Of a stretch of 64,000 bases of DNA, positions 52,469 through 62,002 are shown piece after piece. The stretch is from Alphaproteobacteria bacterium (GTDB lineage: Bacteria > Pseudomonadota > Alphaproteobacteria > CAAHEQ01 > UBA3637). Where the stretch lies: positions 2,158 through 66,157 of the forward strand of contig JAZQXL010000011.1 of the NCBI GenBank assembly GCA_045632845.1, in the 5' to 3' direction. The notes under the pieces were generated by a model. That model ran no database searches. It worked only from the letters and a program-made list of their open reading frames with translations, and was not told the DNA's origin. A program made the position numbers and the translations under genes. Each line of letters opens with the position of its first letter. Positions within the stretch are counted from its first letter, which is position 1.

Positions 52469-52940
52469 TTTCCTTCATTTTTGAAGTGTTTTCTAAAAAC
52501 TGCCCAACTTTTCGCATAATACGTCTTGGCAAACTTGGATTTAAATTTTTAACAAGAAGATCACAACTTTTTGAAAAATGTTTTTTTAAATTAATCCCCT
52601 CTTCGTCCAAAATGTCTTTAACAATTTGCATGCGCACTTCTTTTGTTTTTAAAAGCAATCGCATTTGAACAAGTTCATGAGCCATAATTTCACGATAATT
52701 TCTCAAACGATCTGGCAAAACATATTCTTCCCTCAACACAGATGCATAATCACGTGTTTGATCAAAAGTTTCTCTTTCTTTTTTCTTTTCAATCGCAACA
52801 GGATTTAAAGGATCTTTGTTGTCACTTTTTTTTAACATCAATGATTTGACATGTTCATACACCAAAGCTGACTTTAACAACCTTTTTGCCATTTGCATTT
52901 TTGCATCTAATGTTAAATATTCAATCAATTCATCTTGCAT
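52461..52940 (-). CDS. Hypothetical protein
   Basis: AGGA RBS; resembles 52028..52468. Confidence 0.6.
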   Translation of the reverse strand: MQDELIEYLTLDAKMQMAKRLLKSALVYEHVKSLMLKKSDNKDPLNPVAIEKKKERETFDQTRDYASVLREEYVLPDRLRNYREIMAHELVQMRLLLKTKEVRMQIVKDILDEEGINLKKHFSKSCDLLVKNLNPSLPRRIMRKVGQFLENTSKMKENE

Positions 52941-52948
52941 TTTTTATC

Positions 52949-55342
52949 CTAATACAAACCACCAATTTCTGGCATTGCTTCATCTTTTTCTTCAATAATA
53001 TCTTTTCCACCAATCACAGATTTTGAAGGAACATCAGCATCCGTTGTTTTGAATGCTTCTTGAATTGTATTCCCCGTTGATTGTGGAACACCAGTTGTTG
53101 GATTAACCCGAACCAAACGAACACCTTGAGGAACACGGAAAGGAATGTCTGGTTTATCCTTTAACGCTTCACTCATAAAGTCTCTAAAAATTGGACCTGC
53201 AACAACACCGCCCGTATCATTTGCACCCAATGTTTGAGGGTTATCAAACCCAATCCAAACACCAGCCACCAAATCAGGTGAAAAGCCTATGAACCAAGCA
53301 TCAAAACTATCATTACTTGTTCCACTTTTTGCACCCAATGTTCTGCGAACAGCTTTTGCAACACGCCCTGTTCCTCTCTCAACAACCCCTGTTAAAATAT
53401 TCACCATTTGATAGGCACTGACAGGATCTTGAATTTGTTCTCTATCATCAATAATTTCAGGTTTATGTTCTGGACTTGCCAATTCGCCAACACAATTTGG
53501 GCAAGGTCGCATATCATGCTTATAAATTGTGTTTCCATCTCTATCTTGAATACGGTCAATTAAATTTGGCGTAATCTTTTTCCCACCATTTACAAAAGCA
53601 CCATATGCTGTTGTTAACTTCATCAATGTTGTTTCATGAGCTCCCAAAGCTGAAGATAAAACTTCTTGCAAATCATCAGCAATTCCAAACTTGCGAGCAT
53701 ATCTTGAAACCTTTCGCATTCCAATTGATTGAGCCAAACGAATCGTCATTAAATTCCTTGACTTTTCAAGTCCAATTCGAAGGGTTGTTGGACCATAGAA
53801 TTTTTTGCTATAGTTTTTAGGTTTCCAAACACTACCATCTGGCAAGCGCATCACAATCGGGGCATCCAAAATCAATGTTGAAGGGGTATACCCAGAATCT
53901 AAAGCAGCCAAATAGACAAATGGTTTAAAAGATGACCCAGGTTGGCGCAAGGCTTGGATTCCTCGATTAAATTGGTTGCGATAAAAAGAAAAACCACCAA
54001 CCATTGCCAAAACACGGCCTGTGTGTGGGTCGAGCGCAATCAAAGACCCTTCAGCTTTTGGCTCTTGTTGCAACAAATATGTTCCTTCTTTTTCATCCTT
54101 TGGACTAACAAAAACAACATCACCAGCTTTTAAAACATCTGAAACTTTTTCAACAGGTGTTAAAGAAATTCTTGCATTTTCCAATGATTGACGTGCCCAC
54201 TTTAAAGTAGTTAATAAAATTTTACCTTTTTTCCCATTTGAAAGGTGAATATCCGCCTCTTTTTGAGAAACAGCTGTTACAACAGCATAAAGCCAATCTT
54301 CTGGCACATAAGCTGGAACCTCTTTTTTCTCAAAATCAGCTTGCCAATTTGATTTTAAATCAACACGTTCAATTGCCCCACGCCAACCATGCCGTTTATC
54401 ATAATTTAACAACCCTTCTTGCAACGCATTCACAGCAGCAGCTTGCATTTTAGGATCCAAACTTGTTCTGATAAACAAGCCACCATTATACATTGCATCT
54501 TCACCATATTTATCAACAATAAAACGACGAACCTCTTCAGCATAGTATCCATTTACACGCAATGCATTTTTAGGTCGTTCAACAACAACCAAATCTTCAG
54601 CAACAGCTGTTTTAGCATCATCTTCTGAAATATAACCATCCGCCAACATACGGGAGACAACCCAGTTTCTTCTTGTTAAAGCTTGTTCTTTTTTACGAAT
54701 TGGATGATAATTGTTCGGTGCTTTTGGAAGCGCCGCCATATATGCAGCTTCAGCAATTGTTAAATCTTTCAAATCTTTGTTAAAATAATTAAGCGCAGCA
54801 CTTGCCACACCGTAAGAACCTTGACCCAAATAAATTTCATTTAAATAAAGTTCCAAAATATGATCTTTTGTGTAAGTTTGTTCAATTTTTCTTGCGAGCA
54901 AAGCCTCTTTGATTTTTCTTGCAATAGACTGTTCAGATGAAAGTAAAAAGTTTTTTGCAACTTGTTGCGTGATTGTTGACGCCCCCATAGGACGGCGACC
55001 TGTTCCAATGTTTTTAACATTGATAATCATGGCACGAGCAAGCCCCATAAAATCAATCCCTGAATGTTCATAAAAATTTTTATCTTCAGCAGACAAAAAA
55101 GCATTCACAACCAAAGGAGGGATACTTTCAATTGGGACAAACGATCTTTTTTCATTTGCATATTCAGCCATCAAAGAACCATCATTAGCATACAATCTTG
55201 AGGTTACAAGAGGCCTATAATCTGCCAACTGTTTATAATCTGGCAACCCTACTGAAAAATGTATAACTACAGCAAAACCGATAATAAAAACAATAAAACA
55301 GCTAAAAAATGCCAAACTCACCAAAGTTGAAAGTATTCTCAT
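52949..55342 (-). CDS. mrcA: Penicillin-binding protein 1A
   Basis: AEDKNFYEHSG, GASTITQQ, RKIKE, SSFK, SRN, KSG. Confidence 0.95.
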   Translation of the reverse strand: MRILSTLVSLAFFSCFIVFIIGFAVVIHFSVGLPDYKQLADYRPLVTSRLYANDGSLMAEYANEKRSFVPIESIPPLVVNAFLSAEDKNFYEHSGIDFMGLARAMIINVKNIGTGRRPMGASTITQQVAKNFLLSSEQSIARKIKEALLARKIEQTYTKDHILELYLNEIYLGQGSYGVASAALNYFNKDLKDLTIAEAAYMAALPKAPNNYHPIRKKEQALTRRNWVVSRMLADGYISEDDAKTAVAEDLVVVERPKNALRVNGYYAEEVRRFIVDKYGEDAMYNGGLFIRTSLDPKMQAAAVNALQEGLLNYDKRHGWRGAIERVDLKSNWQADFEKKEVPAYVPEDWLYAVVTAVSQKEADIHLSNGKKGKILLTTLKWARQSLENARISLTPVEKVSDVLKAGDVVFVSPKDEKEGTYLLQQEPKAEGSLIALDPHTGRVLAMVGGFSFYRNQFNRGIQALRQPGSSFKPFVYLAALDSGYTPSTLILDAPIVMRLPDGSVWKPKNYSKKFYGPTTLRIGLEKSRNLMTIRLAQSIGMRKVSRYARKFGIADDLQEVLSSALGAHETTLMKLTTAYGAFVNGGKKITPNLIDRIQDRDGNTIYKHDMRPCPNCVGELASPEHKPEIIDDREQIQDPVSAYQMVNILTGVVERGTGRVAKAVRRTLGAKSGTSNDSFDAWFIGFSPDLVAGVWIGFDNPQTLGANDTGGVVAGPIFRDFMSEALKDKPDIPFRVPQGVRLVRVNPTTGVPQSTGNTIQEAFKTTDADVPSKSVIGGKDIIEEKDEAMPEIGGLY

Positions 55343-55535
55343 TATCGTTTAAATCCTTTTTTATCCGTTATTTACAAAAAAAATCATTCCAAATTCACGT
55401 TAAAGGATTATATACACGTTTTCAAAAATTTTCAAGAATAAAATCAATATGTTTTAAAATAATCTCCCTTATTTTTTTTAACACATATCAAAAAGATCAG
55501 CTCAAATTAAAACACAAATAAGAGCACATTAAAGT

Positions 55536-55757
55536 ATAAAAAAACTCCCAAACGGGAGTTTTTTATGGTGCGGTTAAGAAGCGCTAAGCAAAAAGTTGCC
55601 TTAACGGCAAGTTTTTGTCTGCAAGCTCCCAAAGTGTCTTAGCGATTTTTTTAATTGAAAAATAAAAAAAAGAACTTAGACAATCGGGCAATAGTCTTCG
55701 TTACCAATGCATAAAAAAAACTCCCAAACGGGAGTTTTTTATGGTGCGGTTAAGAAG
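55536..55757. repeat. ~46-bp direct repeat of tRNA-Leu(GAG) 3' end plus terminator flanking a 129-bp insert
   Basis: ataaaaaaa(a)ctcccaaacgggagttttttatggtgcggttaagaag at 55536-55581 and 55711-55757. Confidence 0.9.
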
Positions 55758-55826
55758 ACTCGAACTTCCACGGATCTCTCCACAGCGACCTCAACGCTGC
55801 GCGTCTACCAATTCCGCCATAACCGC
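55742..55826 (-). tRNA. tRNA-Leu(GAG)
   Basis: GCGGTTATGGCGGAATTGGTAGACGCG-CAGCG TTGAGGT CGCTG-...-GTTCGAGT-...-ACCA. Confidence 0.96.
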
Positions 55827-55955
55827 AAAATGTAGATGCATTATAAAAAACTTTTTTTTAAAATGCAAGATTTTTTTTCACATCTCAAAAAAAATATTTA
55901 TCATACCCAAAAATAAAAAAAAGGCAGCATCTAAAAAGACACTGCCTTTTTTTAA

Positions 55956-56117
55956 TTATTTTCCACAAGGAGAAACAATTTCAGCCAAAGATAAAACACC
56001 AAACAAGTATTGGTTTGTACAAACTTTTTGACCACCAATACGACCGCGTTCACCCATACAACCTGACAATGTTGAAACAGCTAAAACAAGAGCTGCAACC
56101 ATTAACAATTTTTTCAT
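55956..56117 (-). CDS. Small lipoprotein (53 aa; not in the ORF track)
   Basis: MKKLLMVAALVLAVSTLSGC lipobox, AAGGA RBS, terminator hairpin downstream (about 55915-55953). Confidence 0.75.
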   Translation of the reverse strand: MKKLLMVAALVLAVSTLSGCMGERGRIGGQKVCTNQYLFGVLSLAEIVSPCGK

Positions 56118-56210
56118 CTTAATATCCTTTCTTTTTTTATTTACAACACTAACATTACACCAAAATAATGATGAATGTCAAATATTATTATATGCACTAA
56201 AAAAGAAAAC

Positions 56211-56666
56211 TTAAGAACTTAAACTTTCTAAAATAACTGTGCCTTTTTTCTGACGAGCAGCCATATATTGCTTACGAAGAGAATCTCTAACTTTGTGAGG
56301 TTCTCTAATTTTATGCATTTTCAACAAACCTGTTTTATCCGTTGAATTGATGTAAATATCCCCCACATCTGCCCAAACATCAACCATTGATTGAGAGGCG
56401 GAACTATCCACAATTCTAAACAACTCAATTTCATCAACATCTTTTGAAAAAATACCTGAAATAATCACCAAGCGTTGCGATGTTAAAACATAACTGTGAT
56501 AAATTCGATTATAATGCAATGCAATTAAAAAGATACCACATGTAATGATTGTTAAAAACAGATAAAACAAGTTAAATTTAACATCCCGAATTGAACCTGT
56601 TACCTCCCAAATAAAGGTTTCATCTTTATCAATAATACTTTGGATTATTCTATCATTTAAACTCAT
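56211..56666 (-). CDS. Bacterial PH-domain membrane protein
   Basis: YVLTSQRLVIISGIFSK..EIELFRI.D...GDIYI. Confidence 0.8.
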   Translation of the reverse strand: MSLNDRIIQSIIDKDETFIWEVTGSIRDVKFNLFYLFLTIITCGIFLIALHYNRIYHSYVLTSQRLVIISGIFSKDVDEIELFRIVDSSASQSMVDVWADVGDIYINSTDKTGLLKMHKIREPHKVRDSLRKQYMAARQKKGTVILESLSS

Positions 56667-56879
56667 TTTACGTCTCCTTTTAAATTCATTTTCTTTACAC
56701 GTACCACACTTAAACAAAAAACTCAAGGGTTTTATTCAACCATATTTAGATATAGAATGAAACAAACAACACATAACATAATATTTTTTTTATTGTTTTT
56801 TCAATTAGTTACCTAGACAACATCTATTTTCATACCTAATGTAAACTTGCTTCAGTTTATTTTAAGAAAGGAGATTAAA

Positions 56880-57467
56880 ATGAAGAAACATTTATTATCA
56901 GGCTTTGCTGCTGCTCTTATGTTATTTGCAGCAACATCTGCTTCCGCATATGACTTTAGCAAGCCTTATGTATTAGCAGAAGGTGGTTATTCAATGGGAC
57001 AAACATCAACGGGCGATGCAGGCATTTTGGGCGTTGGTGCAGGATATCACATCAACAACTATTTCCGCACAGATTTAACAGTTGGATACCGCGGATGGGG
57101 TAATGTCAATATGCGTGCTGATAAAGGCAAAAAAACAGATGTTTGGTCCATCCCTGTTTTGGCAAACTTTTACTTATCATATCCTGTTACACAAAAATTT
57201 GATGTTTATGCAATGGCAGGACTTGGTATGGCATGGAATGTAACAGATGATATGCCAGATGCAAAAGGTGCAACAAAAAGCAACTTTGCATGGACAGTTG
57301 GGGCCGGTATTGAACACATGTTCACAGATTGTATGGCTTTAGATATTGGTTACCGCTATTCCGACCTTGGACAAGCAAGAGTTAAATCTCGCGAAGGTTA
57401 TACAGGAAAAAGCAAAGAAGATATGCGCTCACATGATATCAAATTAACTGCTAGATATTATTTTTAA
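56880..57467 (+). CDS. Outer-membrane beta-barrel (opacity/OmpA-like TM domain)
   Basis: Signal peptide, GAGY, FAWTVGAG, LDIGYRY, terminal YYF. Confidence 0.88.
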   Translation: MKKHLLSGFAAALMLFAATSASAYDFSKPYVLAEGGYSMGQTSTGDAGILGVGAGYHINNYFRTDLTVGYRGWGNVNMRADKGKKTDVWSIPVLANFYLSYPVTQKFDVYAMAGLGMAWNVTDDMPDAKGATKSNFAWTVGAGIEHMFTDCMALDIGYRYSDLGQARVKSREGYTGKSKEDMRSHDIKLTARYYF

Positions 57468-57517
57468 GACTCCCACTTAAAAATAAACGTGCGTGGCATT
57501 TAAAAAGTGCCACGCAT

Positions 57518-58549
57518 TTATTTTACAACAAACTCACTTTCAAGAAGAATCTTTAAATCTTGCATATCTTGAGGCATTGGCACTTCAAAAGACAATCTTT
57601 CACCCGTTTTTGGGTGAACAAAACTCAAAAAACCTGCGTGCAACGCCTGTCTTTCAAAAAAACGTAACCGTGTATCCGCCATTTTAGGAACAACACCATA
57701 CACACTATCTCCTATTAAAGAATGACCTAGCGAAGACAAATGAACTCTAATTTGGTGTGTTCTTCCCGTTTCTAACACACATTTAACATAAGAAGCTGGA
57801 GCTTTTGGATAACTATCCAAACATTCATAATGAGTTACCGCATGTTTACCACCTTGTGTCACAACAGCCATTTTTTGCCGATTAGAAGAACTCCTTCCAA
57901 TCAGAGATGAAACAACACCATCCTTTTTTTTCATCACGCCCCAAACAAAAGTATGATACACGCGTTCAATTGTGTGTTTTGCAAATTGATCAGCTAAATG
58001 AACATGGGAAAAATCATTTTTTGCAACCACAAGAACACCGCTTGTGTCTTTATCAATCCGATGAACAATCCCAGGGCGCAATACCCCCCCTATTCCTGAC
58101 AGCGACTCCTTACAATGATAAAGCAAAGCATTAACCAATGTTCCTGTATAATTACCAGCTCCTGGATGAACCACCATTCCAGCTGGTTTATTCACAACGA
58201 TTAAATCATCATCTTCATATAAAATATCTAAAGAAATCTTTTCAGGTTCTGGAACGGCTGGAACACTTTCAGGAGGTGTAATTACAAAAGAATCGCCTTC
58301 TTTCACCTTCAAATCAGGCTTATCAGCATACTTCTCAACACCTTCATAACGAACACAATCCGTTTCAATAAATTTAATAATCCTTGCTCTTGAATAATCT
58401 GAAAAACAAGAAACCAAAAATTTATCCAACCTCATATTTTTTTCTTCAGCCGAAACTTTCCGAGAAACAAAGGGTACAGTTACACCATGGTTTGTATCTA
58501 TTTCCATCAAATTTTCAAAATCTTGTTCTTGCATCATTTCCAACTCCAA
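57518..58549 (-). CDS. rluD: RluA-family 23S rRNA pseudouridine synthase
   Basis: S4 domain, NKPAGMVVHP, HRIDKDTSG, TGRTHQIRVH, QALHA. Confidence 0.92.
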   Translation of the reverse strand: MELEMMQEQDFENLMEIDTNHGVTVPFVSRKVSAEEKNMRLDKFLVSCFSDYSRARIIKFIETDCVRYEGVEKYADKPDLKVKEGDSFVITPPESVPAVPEPEKISLDILYEDDDLIVVNKPAGMVVHPGAGNYTGTLVNALLYHCKESLSGIGGVLRPGIVHRIDKDTSGVLVVAKNDFSHVHLADQFAKHTIERVYHTFVWGVMKKKDGVVSSLIGRSSSNRQKMAVVTQGGKHAVTHYECLDSYPKAPASYVKCVLETGRTHQIRVHLSSLGHSLIGDSVYGVVPKMADTRLRFFERQALHAGFLSFVHPKTGERLSFEVPMPQDMQDLKILLESEFVVK

Positions 58550-58774
58550 TAACCGAGCTTTTTATAAACATTCTTTTATTTCTGACAAAAAAAATAACAG
58601 ATAAGAGCTCAAAAATCAACTCCAAAAACAGCCTCAACTACCTATAGTTTTTTATTAAAACAGGCTTAAGTTTTTATATTTTTTACAAAAACAGTATTTT
58701 GTTAACCATTTTTTCACTCTTTTTAGTGCAAAATTATGTATATTTATTTGTTAAGAGTGAGCAATTAGAAAAAT

Positions 58775-60133
58775 ATGGCAAAATTCTGGCAACGACTTAG
58801 CATTTTAATAACTGTTGAGAGCCTACTTTTAGGCATTCTTTGCTTTACCCCCTTTTTAATTCTTGAAACAAACAATCTAATCACAAAAAAAACAGCATTT
58901 AAAATATCCATTTATCAATACACTGCTGTTTCATTTATTTGTCTTTTTGCTTTGTTTTTATTTATTTATGCTATTCCAAATTTTACAAAACAAAAACGAG
59001 CAAAAAAAGCATATCTCAATCTTTCAACTCAAGCACTTTTGCTTAATGAAAATTCAAAAATAAGAAATGAAACCATTCTTTTAATTGAAAAACTTCAACA
59101 CACCACACACACCGCCCCAGAATTAATCTTAAAAATTTTAAGATATTATTTAATGCAATCTCACATTCCAAATGAAAAAAGTGCTTTTTCACCAGCTCAA
59201 CAAGCCGGCATTGTCGTTTCTTGTCTTGACACAAAATCTCTTAAAAAAATTTTCAAACGAATGCAAAAAAGTGAAATTAAACTTTTTCAACAATTATCTC
59301 ATACGTTGGGGTATATTACAAGTGAAGACAAATTTCAAATTCTTTCAAATTTTTTAAATACCCTAACAGAACCTATTAGAAAAATTGAAAATCCTCATTT
59401 TTCTGACACGATACTCCCCTCACAACAAGCAATTAAAATTATAAAAAAAGAGAATTGTTTTTATCCTAAAACAAATGTATGGGAAGCACTCGATTCAATT
59501 TCTTCTGAAAGAATAGCCTCTTATTTGAAAAACGAATCCTCACAATCCATTGCCATTATTCTTTACAACTTGTCTGATAAAAAAGCAGGCGAAGTTTTAA
59601 CTTTTATTCCAAAAGAAGTTTCTTGTTCGGCTTTATTAAGGTTAACAGCGCTTAAATCTTTATCTAAAAAAAGATTAACAACTCTTGAAACATCCCTTGA
59701 ATCTCACTTTTTAAATATAGCTCCTCAAGTCTTTTATTATGGATTAGAAAAAGCTTCATCTATTTTAAGTATAATGCCTACTCATCAAAAAAACGACCTT
59801 CTTGTTAAACTAACAGAAGCATCTCCTCAAACAGCAAAAAATCTTGCTCGTCAAATAATTTGTTTCGATGATTTGTCACATTTAAGCAACAATGATATCT
59901 GCACGTTAATTAAAAAAGTGCCAGAAGATATTTTAACAACAGCACTTTTAGGGGCTGACAACAGCATACAAGAAATCTTTTTAAAAAATATCTCCCCAAA
60001 ACGGTTAAGCATTTTTTTAAAACAATCAAACTTGCCACGATCTGAAAAAATAAAAGAGATTGACGAAGCTCAATATTTTGTTATAAAAAAAGCACACGTT
60101 TTAATGAGCAAAAAACGAAAACGAGGATCGTAA
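58775..60133 (+). CDS. Divergent FliG-like protein with N-terminal TM segments
   Basis: IASYLKNESSQSIAIIL (cf. EHPQ), ICFDDL..L, LTTALLGA, NISPK, IDEAQ. Confidence 0.65.
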   Translation: MAKFWQRLSILITVESLLLGILCFTPFLILETNNLITKKTAFKISIYQYTAVSFICLFALFLFIYAIPNFTKQKRAKKAYLNLSTQALLLNENSKIRNETILLIEKLQHTTHTAPELILKILRYYLMQSHIPNEKSAFSPAQQAGIVVSCLDTKSLKKIFKRMQKSEIKLFQQLSHTLGYITSEDKFQILSNFLNTLTEPIRKIENPHFSDTILPSQQAIKIIKKENCFYPKTNVWEALDSISSERIASYLKNESSQSIAIILYNLSDKKAGEVLTFIPKEVSCSALLRLTALKSLSKKRLTTLETSLESHFLNIAPQVFYYGLEKASSILSIMPTHQKNDLLVKLTEASPQTAKNLARQIICFDDLSHLSNNDICTLIKKVPEDILTTALLGADNSIQEIFLKNISPKRLSIFLKQSNLPRSEKIKEIDEAQYFVIKKAHVLMSKKRKRGS

Positions 60134-61108
60134 ATGAAAATAAAAACTATTTTTGCACCCAGCATTCCTAAAGCAATGGAAGAAATCCGTGAGTTTTATG
60201 GAGAACAAGCGGTTATTATTTCTACATCCCGTGTTTCAAACAAAGGTGTTAAACTCATTATTGCAACAGAAGAAAAAACAAATGAAACCGATTTATTTTC
60301 AAGTGTAAATGATAAAAGAATAGAACAAAGAAGAGCCTTTTTTCAAGATATATTTAAGCAGCACTCCTTTCCTGATGAATTTATTGAACGGCTTACGTTT
60401 ACATCCCTAAAAAAAACAATTAAAAACCAAGATGAAAAACTCTTAACCAATACCTTTGACGAACTTTTTCATTTCAAACCACTTTATCCTATCGAAAAAA
60501 ACACAATTTATGTTTTCGTTGGGAACACGGGATCAGGAAAAACATTAACATTAAAAAAGATGGCTTTACAAGCAAAAAAAGAGCATTTAAAACCTTGTAT
60601 CATTACATTAGATACAGAAAAAAGTGGAGCGCTTCCTGATATAAAAAATTTTTCAAAAATGCTTCAAATTCCTTGTACCGTTGTCAAAAACATCAAAGAA
60701 CTTAACGAAACAACCACATTAATGCGACTGTCTTATAATTATATTTTAATTGATACACCAAGTATCAACCCTTATAAAACAACAGATCTTGAAAAATTAA
60801 AATCAATCAAGCAACAAATCAGTGATGCCGAATTTGTTCTAACAATGCCAGCAGGGCTAGATCCACAAGAAGCAACAGCACAAGGGGCTCTATTTTCAAA
60901 AAATGGATGCAACCTATTTATCGCAACAAAGCTTGATTGCACAATCAAACATTTTAATATTTTGCAAACTCTTTTATACAATCAACTCTATATGGCTGCT
61001 TTTTGTTTCTCAGATAAAATAATCGACACACCCATTGAAGCAACAGCCCAAAATCTAACCAAACTTTTCACAACAGCGAACTTGTTAACAACCGAAGGTG
61101 CACAATGA
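60134..61108 (+). CDS. flhF: FlhF-like SRP-family GTPase
   Basis: IKTIFAPSIPKAM.EIR...G.QAVIIS, GNTGSGKT, IDTP, TKLD. Confidence 0.75.
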   Translation: MKIKTIFAPSIPKAMEEIREFYGEQAVIISTSRVSNKGVKLIIATEEKTNETDLFSSVNDKRIEQRRAFFQDIFKQHSFPDEFIERLTFTSLKKTIKNQDEKLLTNTFDELFHFKPLYPIEKNTIYVFVGNTGSGKTLTLKKMALQAKKEHLKPCIITLDTEKSGALPDIKNFSKMLQIPCTVVKNIKELNETTTLMRLSYNYILIDTPSINPYKTTDLEKLKSIKQQISDAEFVLTMPAGLDPQEATAQGALFSKNGCNLFIATKLDCTIKHFNILQTLLYNQLYMAAFCFSDKIIDTPIEATAQNLTKLFTTANLLTTEGAQ

Positions 61109-61887
61109 TAACACAAACAAACAAAACATCCAACAATCCTTTATCACGCATCGGTGGCAGAAATATTTTTGCCATCGCCTCAGGAAAAGGCGGTGTCGGA
61201 AAAACATGGGTTGCCATATCCTTAGCACACGCCTTTGCTTTAAAGGGTGAAAAAGTCTTGTTAATTGATGGCGACTTAGGCCTTTCAAACATCGATATTC
61301 AACTTGGGTTAACAAGCATTCGTGATATTGGGGTAGTTTTAACACATAATGCACCTTTAAACAGCGCCATTACGCATGATGAGAATATCAATTGCGATGT
61401 GCTTGCAGGACATTCTGGAAGCCAAACACTTGCTGGCTTGGAAGAAAGCAGGTTACAACTTTTGTGTGACGACATTAAAATTTTAGCAAATCACTATGAC
61501 AAAGTTATCATTGATCTTGGAACAGGAATTCAAAAATCTGTGACAACATTGGCACAAATTGCTCATGAAATTTTAGTTGTTACAACAGATTCTCCAACAG
61601 CTCTTGCTGATGCTTATGCGTTCATCAAAATTATAACTGCTTTAAAACCTGCTATAACTCTTAAAATTTTAATTAATATGGCTAACACAAAAAAAGAAGG
61701 AGAACACACTTACCATACCTTTTTAAAAGCATGCCAATCATTTTTAAATATTTCACCAACACTTGCTGGCATTATTCATTTAGATTCAATGGCAAGAGAA
61801 TCTGTTCGATCACAGACTCCAATTTTAAGCGTAACACCCCTTTCTCAATCTGGAAAAGACATCCTTGAAATAGCCTCACATTATTAA
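61105..61887 (+). CDS. flhG: FlhG/MinD-family ATPase
   Basis: ASGKGGVGKT, DGDLGLSN, PTALADAYAFIK. Confidence 0.85.
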   Translation: MITQTNKTSNNPLSRIGGRNIFAIASGKGGVGKTWVAISLAHAFALKGEKVLLIDGDLGLSNIDIQLGLTSIRDIGVVLTHNAPLNSAITHDENINCDVLAGHSGSQTLAGLEESRLQLLCDDIKILANHYDKVIIDLGTGIQKSVTTLAQIAHEILVVTTDSPTALADAYAFIKIITALKPAITLKILINMANTKKEGEHTYHTFLKACQSFLNISPTLAGIIHLDSMARESVRSQTPILSVTPLSQSGKDILEIASHY

Positions 61888-62002
61888 GCTTAAGAGACAT
61901 TTTTTACCAAATACAGAATACATACAATAAAATATAGAAACCCTTGACTTTAGCATAAAAATGGATTATTTAAAATTCATTCAGTGTAATGAAAGGAAAA
62001 TT

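Noticed and set aside
55741-56031. 96-aa ORF
   Set aside because: It is the antisense of tRNA-Leu(GAG) and overlaps the small lipoprotein
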